Assembly (NCBI GenBank): GCA_013203315.1
Contig: JABMQJ010000012.1
Span: 10,468-74,467 of the forward strand
Length of the DNA: 64,000 nucleotides
DNA from: Candidatus Omnitrophota bacterium
Lineage (GTDB): Bacteria > Omnitrophota > Gorgyraeia > JABMRN01 > RBG-13-46-9
Direction: 5' to 3'
Positions within the stretch are counted from its first letter, which is position 1. The number at the start of each line of letters is the position of its first letter. The position numbers were made by a program, and so were the translations under genes. Shown here piece by piece: positions 45,464 through 55,963 of the stretch. The notes under the pieces are model-generated. The model made no database searches. It was not told where the DNA came from and worked only from the letters and a program-made list of their open reading frames with translations.

Positions 45464-46639
45464 ATGTCGAAAAAAGTAATACTTGCGTATTCCGGCGGGC
45501 TTGACACGTCTTGCGCCGTAAAATGGTTAAAAGAGAAGGGCTTTAACGTCATCTGCTATCTGGCTGACGTGGGCCAGGGCCAGAATTTCCAGACGGTAAA
45601 GACCAGAGCCATGAAAACCGGTGCCAGCAAAGTGATCGTGGGTAATTTAAAAAAAGAGTTTGTCGAAGACTTTATATGGCCGAGCCTTAAGGCTAACGCC
45701 GTTTATGAGTCAAAGTATTTTCTTGCGACAGCGCTTTCGAGGCCCATCATCGCAAAGGAACTTGTTGAAGTGGCGCATAAAGAAAAAGCAAGCTACGTCG
45801 CACACGGATGTACGGGCAAGGGTAATGATCAAGTAAGGTTTGAGGTCACTTTCGCCGCGCTGGATTCTAAGCTTAAAACGATTGCGCCCCTCAGGGAATG
45901 GGACCTTCCTACAAGGGAAGCTGAAATAAGATATGCGAAGGTTCATAAGATTCCGATAGACGTTACAAAGAAAAAACCGTATAGCATAGATAAAAATCTC
46001 TGGGGCATAAGCATAGAAAGCGGAAATCTTGAGGACCCGTGGTTTGAGCCTACCGAGGACGCTTATCAGATGACCAGGGCTATCGTCAAATCACCCAATA
46101 AGCCGTGTTATCTTAAGATTGACTTCAAGAAAGGCATTCCTACTAAAATAAACGGTAAAAAACTGGATGGGATAAAACTAATCGGCAAGCTAAACGAAAT
46201 AGGCGGGAGATATTCGATCGGAAGGTCTGACTTAATAGAGAATAGGTTAGTCGGTATTAAATCCAGGGAAATTTATGAAGCACCTGCCGCGAAAATACTT
46301 TTTGAAGCGCACAAAGCGCTGGAAAGCCTGGTACTTGACAGGGAAACGCTTCATTTTAAGGAAGTGGTTGGCCTTAAATATTCGAGGCTCGTATACGACG
46401 GTCTTTGGTACACGCCGTTAAAGGGGGCGATAGATAAATTTGTGGACAGTACCCAGGAGCCCGTAGAAGGTACGATAAACCTGAAGCTCTTTAAGGGTAA
46501 TGTAATAATAGTCGGTAGAAAATCACCGAAGTCACTTTATAAAAAAGAGCTTGCTACTTACGGCAAGGGCGATAAGTTCGACCAGGGCCTGGCGAAAGGC
46601 TTTATCGAGCTCTTCGGTTTGCCTTACAAAAAGGGGTAA
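45464..46639 (+). CDS. argG: Argininosuccinate synthase
   Basis: LAYSGGLDTS, HGCTGKGNDQVRFE, ENRLVGIKSREIYEAP. Confidence 0.98.
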   Translation: MSKKVILAYSGGLDTSCAVKWLKEKGFNVICYLADVGQGQNFQTVKTRAMKTGASKVIVGNLKKEFVEDFIWPSLKANAVYESKYFLATALSRPIIAKELVEVAHKEKASYVAHGCTGKGNDQVRFEVTFAALDSKLKTIAPLREWDLPTREAEIRYAKVHKIPIDVTKKKPYSIDKNLWGISIESGNLEDPWFEPTEDAYQMTRAIVKSPNKPCYLKIDFKKGIPTKINGKKLDGIKLIGKLNEIGGRYSIGRSDLIENRLVGIKSREIYEAPAAKILFEAHKALESLVLDRETLHFKEVVGLKYSRLVYDGLWYTPLKGAIDKFVDSTQEPVEGTINLKLFKGNVIIVGRKSPKSLYKKELATYGKGDKFDQGLAKGFIELFGLPYKKG

Positions 46640-46649
46640 GGGGTAATTT

Positions 46650-48029
46650 ATGGCCAAGAAATTATGGGGCGGAAGATTTAATAAGGCACTTGCAAAAGAT
46701 GTTCTATCTTTTACCTCGAGCATCAATATAGACAAGACGCTTGCGATATACGATTGCCTGGGGTCGATAGCGCATGCCAAAATGCTCGGCAAGGCAAAGA
46801 TAATACCGGCAAAAGACGCAAAGAAAATCGTAAAGGGCCTTAAATCTATTCTAACGTCGCTTAAAAAAGGAACCTTTAAGGTAGATAAAGGCTTTGAGGA
46901 CATCCATTCCAATATTCAGTACGTACTTACGAAAAAGATCGGTAAGACAGCCGGTAGATTGCATACGGCGCGTTCCAGGAATGACCAGGTAGTGACGGAT
47001 ACGAGAATGTATTGCAAGGACACGATAGATGCGCTTATCAGATCAATCACATTACTTCAGAAGTCTGTGCTCGGTGCCGCGAAAAAATATGTTACGCTTG
47101 TTATCCCCGGGTATACGCATCTTGAGCATGCGCAACCCGTGCTTTTTTCGCACCTATTGCTTGCGTACATTGAAATGCTGGAAAGGGACAAAGAAAGACT
47201 GGAAGATACCAGAAAGAGAATAGACGTTTTAGTCCTGGGAAGCGGAGCCTTGACCGGCACGACGCTCCCGATAGATAGAAACTATGTAAAAAAACTTTTA
47301 GGGTTTAAATATCTGTCTAGAAACAGCATAGATGCGGTAAGCGACAGGGACTTTATAGTCGAATTTTTAGGCGCACTCTCTATCATATCGATGCACCTTT
47401 CGAGGATTGCCGAAGATATGATTCTCTATGGAACAAAAGAATTCGACCTGATCGAAATAGATGAAAGATTCTGCACGGGCAGTTCTCTTATGCCGCAGAA
47501 GAAAAATCCGGATGTTTTGGAGCTTATAAGAGGTAAAACAAGCCAGATATACGGAAGCCTCGTGAGCGTGCTTGGCATGCTAAAAGGTTTGCCGCTATCT
47601 TACAACAGGGACTTGCAGCTCGATAAAGAGCCGTTATTTAGTTCGATCGAAACAATAAACGAGGAGTTAAAGCTTTTGGCAGGCCTTTTCGCGAGCATAA
47701 AAATAAATAAGAAAAACGCAGGCAAGGCATTGAAGGATGAGACAATCTTTGCAACTGACATAGCCGAATATTTGGTAGGGAAGGGGATAGCTTTCAGGGA
47801 CGCCCATGACATTACGGGAAAACTTGTAAAATATTGCGAGAAACATAATAAAAATATTTCTACACTTGACATAAAGGAGCTTAATAAATTTTCGAAATGC
47901 TTTAAAAAAGATATTTTTGCAAGGCTAAATCCGGAATCTTCCGTAAGGCTTAAAAAGTCTATCGGAAGCACGAATCCGGTGTTTGTAAAAAAGCAAATTA
48001 AAAATTGGAATAAAATTTTAAAAGTCTAA
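46650..48029 (+). CDS. argH: Argininosuccinate lyase
   Basis: KLWGGRF, HTARSRNDQ, PGYTHL, GSSLMPQKKNPD. Confidence 0.98.
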   Translation: MAKKLWGGRFNKALAKDVLSFTSSINIDKTLAIYDCLGSIAHAKMLGKAKIIPAKDAKKIVKGLKSILTSLKKGTFKVDKGFEDIHSNIQYVLTKKIGKTAGRLHTARSRNDQVVTDTRMYCKDTIDALIRSITLLQKSVLGAAKKYVTLVIPGYTHLEHAQPVLFSHLLLAYIEMLERDKERLEDTRKRIDVLVLGSGALTGTTLPIDRNYVKKLLGFKYLSRNSIDAVSDRDFIVEFLGALSIISMHLSRIAEDMILYGTKEFDLIEIDERFCTGSSLMPQKKNPDVLELIRGKTSQIYGSLVSVLGMLKGLPLSYNRDLQLDKEPLFSSIETINEELKLLAGLFASIKINKKNAGKALKDETIFATDIAEYLVGKGIAFRDAHDITGKLVKYCEKHNKNISTLDIKELNKFSKCFKKDIFARLNPESSVRLKKSIGSTNPVFVKKQIKNWNKILKV

Positions 48030-48038
48030 GGGAGAATT

Positions 48039-49280
48039 ATGCACCGTTTTAAGTACAAAGGAAATTCACTTTATTGCGAAAACGTGAAGGTTGAAGAAAT
48101 AGCCAAAGAGGTAGGCACGCCTGTCTACATCTATAGCAAGAACACGCTTCTTGACCATTATCGGAAGATAGAGGACGCGCTTCGCGAAGTATCGCCGCTT
48201 ATTTGTTTTTCCGTAAAGAGTAACTCTAATCTCGCTGTATTGAAGACGTTAGTTTCAGCAGGTGCAGGACTTGATGTTGTTTCAGGTGGGGAACTATACC
48301 GAGGAAAACTCTCAGGCGTGCGACCCGAAAAGATTGTTTATGCGGGTGTCGGAAAAAAGCGCGATGAAATTCTAGACGCCATTCGCTACGGGATACTGTT
48401 TTTCAACGTAGAGTCCGAAGAGGAGCTCGCGCTCATAAATCGATGCGCGCTCGAATTACGCAAGAAAGTAAACGTTGCGATCAGGGTAAACCCGGACGTT
48501 GGTGCCCATACGCACAAATATATAACTACCGGCAAGGGGCACACGAAGTTTGGTGTTGATTTTAATACCGTAAAGCGTATCTTCCGTTCAAAATGGAGAT
48601 ATAGGAATGTCAACCTAAGAGGCATACACATACACATAGGTTCTCAGATAGTGAATCCAAACCCGTTTCAGAACGCGATAAAGAAGGTATTGAAGTTTTT
48701 AAAAGAAAACAAGATATTCGTGGAATATCTTAATATAGGAGGGGGCCTGGGGATAGTATATTCTTTTGAAAAACCGCAGACTGCCAAACATTTTGCTAAA
48801 AGAATTCTACCGTTAATTAAAAAGTCCGGGCTCAAGCTTATACTTGAACCGGGCAGATTTATTTGCGGTAATAGCGGAATAATGGTTACAAAAGTTCTCT
48901 TTAGAAAAAAGACAGGGCAAAAGAGATTTGCCATCGTAGACGGCGGCATGAATGACCTTATAAGGCCAAGCCTCTACGAGGCGCATCACACCATTGTTCC
49001 CGTCACTCTGCCCAAGAAAGGGGCTAAGAAGGGAAAGTTCGACATAGTCGGACCCATATGTGAAACCGGTGACTTCCTCGCTAAAGATCGAAGAATGAAG
49101 CTCCTGGATCGGGGCGACCTTCTTGCCGTGATGGCCGCAGGCGCTTACGGCTACACCATGTCCAGCAATTATAACTCAAGGCCGCGCGCAGCAGAGGTAA
49201 TGGTTAGCGGAAGCAAGTTTTCCGTGGTTAAGAAAAGAGAAAATTACAGGGATCTCGTAAGAGGGGAATCGTCCGGGTAA
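48039..49280 (+). CDS. lysA: Diaminopimelate decarboxylase
   Basis: SVKSNSN, DVVSGGE, HIGSQ, EPGR, GPICETGD, MSSNYN. Confidence 0.96.
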   Translation: MHRFKYKGNSLYCENVKVEEIAKEVGTPVYIYSKNTLLDHYRKIEDALREVSPLICFSVKSNSNLAVLKTLVSAGAGLDVVSGGELYRGKLSGVRPEKIVYAGVGKKRDEILDAIRYGILFFNVESEEELALINRCALELRKKVNVAIRVNPDVGAHTHKYITTGKGHTKFGVDFNTVKRIFRSKWRYRNVNLRGIHIHIGSQIVNPNPFQNAIKKVLKFLKENKIFVEYLNIGGGLGIVYSFEKPQTAKHFAKRILPLIKKSGLKLILEPGRFICGNSGIMVTKVLFRKKTGQKRFAIVDGGMNDLIRPSLYEAHHTIVPVTLPKKGAKKGKFDIVGPICETGDFLAKDRRMKLLDRGDLLAVMAAGAYGYTMSSNYNSRPRAAEVMVSGSKFSVVKKRENYRDLVRGESSG

Positions 49281-49281
49281 A

Positions 49282-50100
49282 ATGAAAATAAACTTCACTA
49301 AAGCAGTAGCCAGCGGAAACGATTTTGTAATCGTGGACAATAGAGCCGGCAAGCTTGCCGGAGAAATAGCCGATTTCGGTGATTTTGCGAAGTTCGTATG
49401 CCGAAGAATGCTTTCCGTAGGATCCGATGGGCTACTCGTTTTAGAAGATTCAAGTGCGGCAGATTTTAAAATGCGTATCTTTAATCCCGACGGCTCCGAG
49501 GTGACAATGTGCGGAAACGGCATTAGGTGTAGCGCCTTATACGCTTACGAAAAGAAATGGTGCGGTGCCGTAATGAAAATTGAAACAGGCGCAGGCACGC
49601 TGGCCGCTGAAGTAGAGGGTGATTCGGTAAAGGTAAAAATGACAGCCCCTAAAAATATAAAACTTGATCAGAATATAGGCGCCGGTAAAACAATAATGAA
49701 CGTTCACACGGTGAATACGGGCGTCCCGCATGTTGTGCATTTTGTCGAAAAGATAGAGAAATATCCCGTAAAAGAAATGGGATCAAAAATTAGATATCAC
49801 AAGGTTTTTCAGCCTGAAGGAACGAACGCGAACTTTGTGCAGAAAATAGACGATTCAACTATTGTGGTAAGAACTTACGAAAGAGGCGTCGAAGACGAGA
49901 CGCTTGCGTGCGGTACGGGCGTGGTTGCCTCGGCTATTATTTCACATTTAGCGCTTGGAGCCAAGGAGCCGGTTAGCGCTATTACAAGAAGTAAAGAAAT
50001 TTTAAGGGTTAGCTTTAAAAAGGAACACAAGTCTTTTCGCGATGTTTTCCTGGAAGGACAGGCGCGAATTGCTTTTGAAGGAGAGGTAGATTATGTTTAG
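49282..50100 (+). CDS. dapF: Diaminopimelate epimerase
   Basis: GNDF, MCGNGIRC, TGVPH, TYERGVEDETLACGTG. Confidence 0.96.
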   Translation: MKINFTKAVASGNDFVIVDNRAGKLAGEIADFGDFAKFVCRRMLSVGSDGLLVLEDSSAADFKMRIFNPDGSEVTMCGNGIRCSALYAYEKKWCGAVMKIETGAGTLAAEVEGDSVKVKMTAPKNIKLDQNIGAGKTIMNVHTVNTGVPHVVHFVEKIEKYPVKEMGSKIRYHKVFQPEGTNANFVQKIDDSTIVVRTYERGVEDETLACGTGVVASAIISHLALGAKEPVSAITRSKEILRVSFKKEHKSFRDVFLEGQARIAFEGEVDYV

Positions 50101-50959
50101 AGGATCATTTGTCGCCATAGTTACGCCGTTTAGAAACGGCAAAATTGACGAAAAAAAGTTTGAGCAACTTGTGGAATTCCAGATTAAAAACGGAACAGAC
50201 GGTATTGTCCCGGCAGGATGCACGGGCGAGGCCGCGACGCTTAGCCACCAGGAGCAAAAGCGTTTCGTGAAGCTTGCTGTCGAGATAGTGGACGGACGCG
50301 TTCCTGTCATAGGCGGGGCAGGCTCGAATAATACCGCGGAGGCTATTTCTCTTACGAAACAAGCGAAGTCGGCGGGCTGCGATGCAGTGCTGTCGATTAC
50401 CCCTTACTACAATAAGCCCACGCCCGAAGGGCAATACAGGCATTACGAGGCGATTGCTAAGAATGTTGATATACCGATTATGCTTTACAACGTGCCCTCG
50501 CGTACGGGCATATCGATTAAACCCGAAACGGTTGCGCGGCTTTCTAAAATCGACAACATTGTCTCTATTAAAGAGGCATCAGGGAGCCTCGATCAGGTAA
50601 GCCAGATCCTGTCTCTTTGTGACATAAACGTGTTAAGCGGGGACGATTCACTTACGCTGCCCATGATGGCGATCGGCGCGACGGGCGTTGTAAGCGTTGT
50701 GGCCAATATTATCCCGAAGGAAGTTCACGACATGGTGTTTAATTTCCTGGAAGGCGATATAGAGAGAGCAAAGAAGCTGCATTACAGCATAATACCTCTC
50801 TGTAAGGCAATGTTTATCGAGACAAACCCGATACCTGTCAAGACCTCGATGAAAGCGATGAAGAGGATAAACGGCCAGATGCGCCTGCCTCTTTGCGGGA
50901 TGATGAAGGATAATGAAGCAAAGCTTAAGAAGGCCCTGAAGGCTTACGGACTAATATAA
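50093..50959 (+). CDS. dapA: 4-hydroxy-tetrahydrodipicolinate synthase
   Basis: GCTGE, PYYNKP, YNVPSRTG, IKEASG, SGDD, ETNPIPVK. Confidence 0.96.
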   Translation: MFRGSFVAIVTPFRNGKIDEKKFEQLVEFQIKNGTDGIVPAGCTGEAATLSHQEQKRFVKLAVEIVDGRVPVIGGAGSNNTAEAISLTKQAKSAGCDAVLSITPYYNKPTPEGQYRHYEAIAKNVDIPIMLYNVPSRTGISIKPETVARLSKIDNIVSIKEASGSLDQVSQILSLCDINVLSGDDSLTLPMMAIGATGVVSVVANIIPKEVHDMVFNFLEGDIERAKKLHYSIIPLCKAMFIETNPIPVKTSMKAMKRINGQMRLPLCGMMKDNEAKLKKALKAYGLI

Positions 50960-50970
50960 AAGAGAAAAAA

Positions 50971-51672
50971 ATGGTTAAAATAGTTATAAGTGGTGCTGCG
51001 GGTAGGATGGGGAAGCGCATAGCAGAGCTTGCCCGGAAGGATACGGATCTCGGCGTAGTGGCCGGTGTTGAACTAAAAGACAACCCCGGTTTAAAAATCG
51101 TAAGTGATTTAAATAAAATCAAAGACGAATACGACTGCATTATCGAATTTACTACACCGAAGGCGACCCTTGAGCACGTTAAAATTGCCAAAGAGCGTAA
51201 AAAGGCAATCGTAATCGGTACTACCGGTTTATCCGAAACCCAAATGAGCGAAATACGCGAAGCTTCGAAAACTATACCTATAGTTTTTTCACCGAACATG
51301 TCAGTCGGCGTTAACGTGCTTTTTGATCTTATAGGAAAAGCGTCCAAGGTTCTGGGAAAAAGCTATAAGGTAAAGATAAAGGAAGCCCATCACGTGCACA
51401 AAAAAGATAAACCGAGTGGCACGGCAAAATTGATGGCGAACATCGTAAACGAAAAAACCGGGTCAAAAAACGTGCCGGTGCAATCCGTAAGGGAAGGCGA
51501 GATCGTGGGCGACCACGACATATTCTTCGAAAGCGACGTGGACGTTTTGAGAATCTCGCATAGCGCAAAGACCAGGGATATATTTGTGCTGGGTGCGTTA
51601 AAAGCGGCAAAATTCGTTGCTACGAAAAAAAATGGCCTCTTTTCCATGAAAGATGTGCTGGAGGAGTTATAA
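50971..51672 (+). CDS. dapB: 4-hydroxy-tetrahydrodipicolinate reductase
   Basis: GAAGRMG, GTTG, NMSVGVN, EAHHVHKKDKPSGTA. Confidence 0.96.
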   Translation: MVKIVISGAAGRMGKRIAELARKDTDLGVVAGVELKDNPGLKIVSDLNKIKDEYDCIIEFTTPKATLEHVKIAKERKKAIVIGTTGLSETQMSEIREASKTIPIVFSPNMSVGVNVLFDLIGKASKVLGKSYKVKIKEAHHVHKKDKPSGTAKLMANIVNEKTGSKNVPVQSVREGEIVGDHDIFFESDVDVLRISHSAKTRDIFVLGALKAAKFVATKKNGLFSMKDVLEEL

Positions 51673-51674
51673 AG

Positions 51675-52844
51675 ATGGGATTGCGCATAGTCAGGTCCGA
51701 TAGGTTGAATAAATTGCCACCGTATCTATTTGTGGAAATAGATAGGGCAAAGAAGAAGGCGGTCAGCGCGGGCCGCGATATAATTGATTTAGGTGTCGGC
51801 GACCCTGATCAGCCTACGCCGCGATTCATCCTGGATGCATTACATAAGGCAAGCCGGGATCCTAAGACGCATAAATATGCGCTTGATAAAGGGATGCCGG
51901 AACTAAGGGCCGAGATTGCCCGCTGGTATAAAGCAAGGTTTGGTGTTGAACTGGACCCTGATAGGGAAGTTCTGCCCCTTATCGGCTCCAAGGAGGGCAT
52001 TGCTCACATACCGCTCGCTCTCATTAACCCGGGCGACATAGGCCTTGTCCCGGAGCCATGCTACCCTCCATACAATTCAGGCGTGATTTTTGCTGGGGGC
52101 GAACCACATAAGCTGCCGCTACTGGCAAAAAATGCGTTTTTGCCGGATTTGCGTCACATAAATTCTACGGTCCTCAGTAAGGTGAAGCTCATGTTTATAA
52201 ATTATCCGAACAACCCTACTGCGGCAGTGTGCGATAAAGCATTTTTTAAGGAATGCGTAAAGTTTGCGGAAAAACACAATATTATTATTTGTCACGACGC
52301 CGCTTATAGCGAACTTTCTTTTGATGGATTAAGGAACCCGAGCTTTTTGGAAACAGACGGCGCAAAAGGAGTCGGCGTTGAATTCCATTCCTTTTCGAAA
52401 GTTTTTAACATGACCGGCTGGAGAATTGGCTTTGTATGCGGAAATTCAGAAGTCATAGAAGCGCTTGCGAAAGTAAAGGCGAATGTCGATTCAGGCGTTT
52501 TTAACGCTATCCAGATAGCCGGCATCACAGCATTGAAAAAAATAGATAGTGTTACAAAAAGCGCAAACGCGCTTTACCAGAAGCGAAGAAACATTTTCAT
52601 TGATGGTTTGGATAAAATCGGTTGGAGTGTTCCAAAGCCTAAGGCCACGTTTTACGTATGGGCACCTGTTTTTGGAAGGCATACGTCGGTTACACTGGCG
52701 CAGGCTCTTCTTGATAAAGCCAATGTAATCGCTACGCCGGGCAACGGCTTCGGCGCAAGCGGAGAAGGCTATGTGCGGATGGCACTTACGGTAGATGAGG
52801 GTCGACTAAAGGAAGCGGTTGCAAGAATCGCGAAGATTATCTGA
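51675..52844 (+). CDS. dapL: LL-diaminopimelate aminotransferase (class I PLP enzyme)
   Basis: LPPYLF, DLGVGDPD, GSKEG, NYPNNPT, HDAAY, SFSKVFNMTGWRIG. Specificity inferred from the dapF-dapA-dapB context. Confidence 0.8.
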   Translation: MGLRIVRSDRLNKLPPYLFVEIDRAKKKAVSAGRDIIDLGVGDPDQPTPRFILDALHKASRDPKTHKYALDKGMPELRAEIARWYKARFGVELDPDREVLPLIGSKEGIAHIPLALINPGDIGLVPEPCYPPYNSGVIFAGGEPHKLPLLAKNAFLPDLRHINSTVLSKVKLMFINYPNNPTAAVCDKAFFKECVKFAEKHNIIICHDAAYSELSFDGLRNPSFLETDGAKGVGVEFHSFSKVFNMTGWRIGFVCGNSEVIEALAKVKANVDSGVFNAIQIAGITALKKIDSVTKSANALYQKRRNIFIDGLDKIGWSVPKPKATFYVWAPVFGRHTSVTLAQALLDKANVIATPGNGFGASGEGYVRMALTVDEGRLKEAVARIAKII

Positions 52845-52848
52845 TAAA

Positions 52849-53268
52849 ATGCCGGAAGAAAAGAAAACCGTCTTTATAGGCATGGGGTCAAATCTGGGAG
52901 ACCGGAAGGCAAATATCGAAAAAGCCTTAGCGCTTGTAAACCTGATTAAAGGTGTAAAGCTTTTAAGGGTTTCCTCGATTTATGAGACAGAGCCGCAGGG
53001 CGGCCCGCCCCAGGGAAACTTCTTAAACGGCGTCTTTGAGGTGAAAACGGCGCGTAGCCCATTTAAATTGCTGGATGAATTGCAGAAAATAGAAAAACAC
53101 CTCGGCAGAAAAAGAAGAGTAAAAAACGGGCCGCGCACGATAGATTTAGATATTCTCACTTTCGCCGACAGAAAAGTAAACGCCAAAAATTTAAAAATTC
53201 CGCACCCCAGAATGCATAAACGTGAATTTGTTTTGCGTGGCATAAGAGAGTTACGGGGCTTAAAATGA
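52849..53268 (+). CDS. folK: HPPK (dihydropterin pyrophosphokinase)
   Basis: GMGSNLG, SSIYETEP, FLN, GPRTIDLDIL, IPHPRM. Confidence 0.95.
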   Translation: MPEEKKTVFIGMGSNLGDRKANIEKALALVNLIKGVKLLRVSSIYETEPQGGPPQGNFLNGVFEVKTARSPFKLLDELQKIEKHLGRKRRVKNGPRTIDLDILTFADRKVNAKNLKIPHPRMHKREFVLRGIRELRGLK

Positions 53269-54182
53269 AGATAATAAAAAAAGTCGATAAAATGAAAACC
53301 TACGCGAAGATCATGAAGAAAGAAAATAAGCTTATCGGCTTTATTCCGACAATGGGATATCTACACGAAGGGCACTTAAGTCTTATGCGGACTGCCAGAA
53401 AGCAAACAGACACGGTTATAACAAGCATATTTGTAAATCCTCTCCAGTTTGGTCCGGATGAGGATTTTAAGAAATACCCGCGGAACATAAAAAAGGACGA
53501 GGAGCTTGCCAGGCAATGCGGCGTAGACGTCATGTTCTATCCCGAAAATGAAGACATGTACCCGGAAGGTTTCGCTACCTACATAAATGTCGAGGGGCTG
53601 ACCGAGGGCTTGTGCGGCAAGTCGAGGGCAGGCCATTTTAGAGGCGTTACTACGGTAGTTATGAAATTATTCGAAATCGTGAAACCGGACATAGCGTATT
53701 TCGGCCAGAAAGACGCGCAGCAGGCCTTTGTGATTAAAAAGATGATCGAAGACTTGAGAATGGATATAACCATGAAGATCATGCCTATCGCAAGAGAGGA
53801 AAGCGGCCTTGCGATGAGTTCCAGAAACGCTTATCTTACGAAGCCCGAGAAGAAAGAGGCAGGTATTTTATTTACATCCCTTAAACTGGCGGAAGAATCT
53901 GTTAATTCCGGTGAAAAAGACCCGAAAAAAATCATAAAAAAGATGCGGGATTCAATATCTGCTTCGTCAGCTTCCGCAAAAATAGATTACATATCAATCG
54001 TTGATACAAAAAGCTTAAAAGAGGTTCGGGACATTTCCGGAGAGGTTTTGATAGCGCTAGCCGTATTTATCGGCAAAACGCGATTGATCGACAATATTAT
54101 TATAAACACGGAAAAATCCGAAGAGGGGTACAAAAATGTCGGAACGCCCAAAGAGCGAAACACAGTACAAGGAAGAGCTTAA
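53265..54182 (+). CDS. panC: Pantoate-beta-alanine ligase
   Basis: PTMGYLHEGH, FVNPLQF, GHFRGV, FGQKDAQQ, GLAMSSRN, TRLIDN. Confidence 0.97.
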   Translation: MKIIKKVDKMKTYAKIMKKENKLIGFIPTMGYLHEGHLSLMRTARKQTDTVITSIFVNPLQFGPDEDFKKYPRNIKKDEELARQCGVDVMFYPENEDMYPEGFATYINVEGLTEGLCGKSRAGHFRGVTTVVMKLFEIVKPDIAYFGQKDAQQAFVIKKMIEDLRMDITMKIMPIAREESGLAMSSRNAYLTKPEKKEAGILFTSLKLAEESVNSGEKDPKKIIKKMRDSISASSASAKIDYISIVDTKSLKEVRDISGEVLIALAVFIGKTRLIDNIIINTEKSEEGYKNVGTPKERNTVQGRA

Positions 54183-55110
54183 ACAAAAGATAGCTCGACT
54201 TAAGAAAGAGCGAAACGCTGTTATCATCGTGCACAATTATCAGCGGGATGAGATACAGGAAATAGCCGATATTCTGGGTGATTCGCTGACACTCGCCCGC
54301 GCGGCGGTTAATACGAAAGCAAAAATAATTGTATTCTGTGGCGTACACTTCATGGCAGAGAGCGCCGCGATCTTGAACCCCGGAAAAAAGGTGCTCTTAC
54401 CGGTCAAGGAAGCCGGCTGCCCGCTTGCCGACATGATCACCGTTCAAAAACTTCGCCGTAAGAAAAAAGAATTCCCGGATGCTGCGGTTGTCTGTTACGT
54501 AAATTCCAGCGCCGAGATCAAGGCCGAAAGCGATGTAAGCTGTACTTCCTCAAACGCGATAGAGGTCGTGAGATCTATAGAAAATAGGCGTATTATATTT
54601 GTTCCCGACAAAAACCTTGGTAGATACGTGCAGAGCCAGGTACCTGAGAAGGAGATAATGTTATGGGAAGGTTTTTGCCCTACGCATCTTAGGCTTACCG
54701 AAGAAGATGTGGTTAAGGCGAAAAACAAGCATCCCGAAGCAGAATTTATAGCGCATCCTGAATGTCGGCCCGAAGTTTTAGCAAATGCCCATCACATTTG
54801 TTCTACCGGCGGCATGTTTCAATATGCGAAGGCATCAAAAGCCAAAGAGTTCATCGTCGGTACTGAGAGCGGCATGCTATATAGGCTGCGAAAGGAAAAT
54901 CCCGGTAAAAAGTTCTATATGCCGACCGCGCACCTTATGTGCGCCAACATGAAGCTGACAACGCTTGGCTGGGTAGCGTACTCACTGGAAAATCTCGTAT
55001 ACGAAGTAAAGGTTTCTGAGGAAATTGCCGGTAAGGCGCGTAAAACTTTGGAGAGAATGCTAAGCGTAACGCAACAAGTGCAAAAAAACACGGCAAAATC
55101 AAACTCATAG
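54136..55110 (+). CDS. nadA: Quinolinate synthase
   Basis: HNYQ, FCGVHFMAE, YVNS, CTSSNA, HPEC, GTE, CANMK. Confidence 0.96.
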   Translation: MSERPKSETQYKEELKQKIARLKKERNAVIIVHNYQRDEIQEIADILGDSLTLARAAVNTKAKIIVFCGVHFMAESAAILNPGKKVLLPVKEAGCPLADMITVQKLRRKKKEFPDAAVVCYVNSSAEIKAESDVSCTSSNAIEVVRSIENRRIIFVPDKNLGRYVQSQVPEKEIMLWEGFCPTHLRLTEEDVVKAKNKHPEAEFIAHPECRPEVLANAHHICSTGGMFQYAKASKAKEFIVGTESGMLYRLRKENPGKKFYMPTAHLMCANMKLTTLGWVAYSLENLVYEVKVSEEIAGKARKTLERMLSVTQQVQKNTAKSNS

Positions 55111-55119
55111 AAAGCTAAC

Positions 55120-55932
55120 GTGGAAAAAATAAAAGCAGGTATTATCGGTTGTGGTGTGATAGGAAGTGAGATCGCCTCCGCGTGCGTAACGGTACTTTCG
55201 AAAAAAATCGAACTCGTAGCCCTTTACGATATAGATAAACAAAAAAGCGCCGGCCTTTCGAAGTTAATAAAAAAAGATGTCGCAGTTGATGCCCCGGATG
55301 AGCTTTACGATAAGTCAGACTTCGTGATAGAAGCCGCAACCGGCGGCGTTGCGCGAGAGACAGTAAAAAAGGTTATTGAGAAGAGGAAAAGTGTTTTGGT
55401 AATGAGCGTGGGAGGGTTAATCGAATCGCAAGACCTAATCGAAGAAGCAAAGAAGAAAAACATCAAATTATTCTTCCCGAGCGGCGCCATATGCGGGATA
55501 GACGGCCTAAAAAGTGCCGGCGTATCTAAAATAGAAAGCGTTACATTGACTACGAAGAAGCCGCCCCGTGGCCTTGCCGGCGCGCCATACCTCAAAGAAA
55601 AAAATATAGACGTAAATTCGATAAAAAGCGAAACAGTTGTATTCAGCGGTAGCGCGTTAGAGGCGGTCGCAGGTTTCCCTAAAAACGTAAACGTGTCTTC
55701 GATTCTCTCGCTTACAGGGATCGGAGCAAAGAAAACAAAAGTAAAAATTGTAACCTCTCCGGAATTCAAGAAAAATGCGCATGAAATAGAAATAATCGGC
55801 GATTTCGGTAGAATGACTACGAGAACCGAAAATGTCCCGTCAGAGAAAAACCCCAAAACAAGCAAATTAGCTGCTCTTTCGGCCATAGCTACACTGACCG
55901 CAGCGGTCGAAAGCGTGAGGTTCGGGACATAA
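55120..55932 (+). CDS. nadX: L-aspartate dehydrogenase
   Basis: GCGVIG, EAA, SVGGL, PSGAICGID, KPP, FPKNVNV, NPKTS; follows nadA. Confidence 0.9.
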   Translation: MEKIKAGIIGCGVIGSEIASACVTVLSKKIELVALYDIDKQKSAGLSKLIKKDVAVDAPDELYDKSDFVIEAATGGVARETVKKVIEKRKSVLVMSVGGLIESQDLIEEAKKKNIKLFFPSGAICGIDGLKSAGVSKIESVTLTTKKPPRGLAGAPYLKEKNIDVNSIKSETVVFSGSALEAVAGFPKNVNVSSILSLTGIGAKKTKVKIVTSPEFKKNAHEIEIIGDFGRMTTRTENVPSEKNPKTSKLAALSAIATLTAAVESVRFGT

Positions 55933-55963
55933 ACTATAGATTAGATGAGAGGAGGTGAAACAA

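Noticed and set aside
54136-54182. 47-nt panC/nadA overlap as a possible frameshift fusion
   Set aside because: nadA has its own GAGGGG RBS and ATG; the overlap is explained by a variable panC tail.
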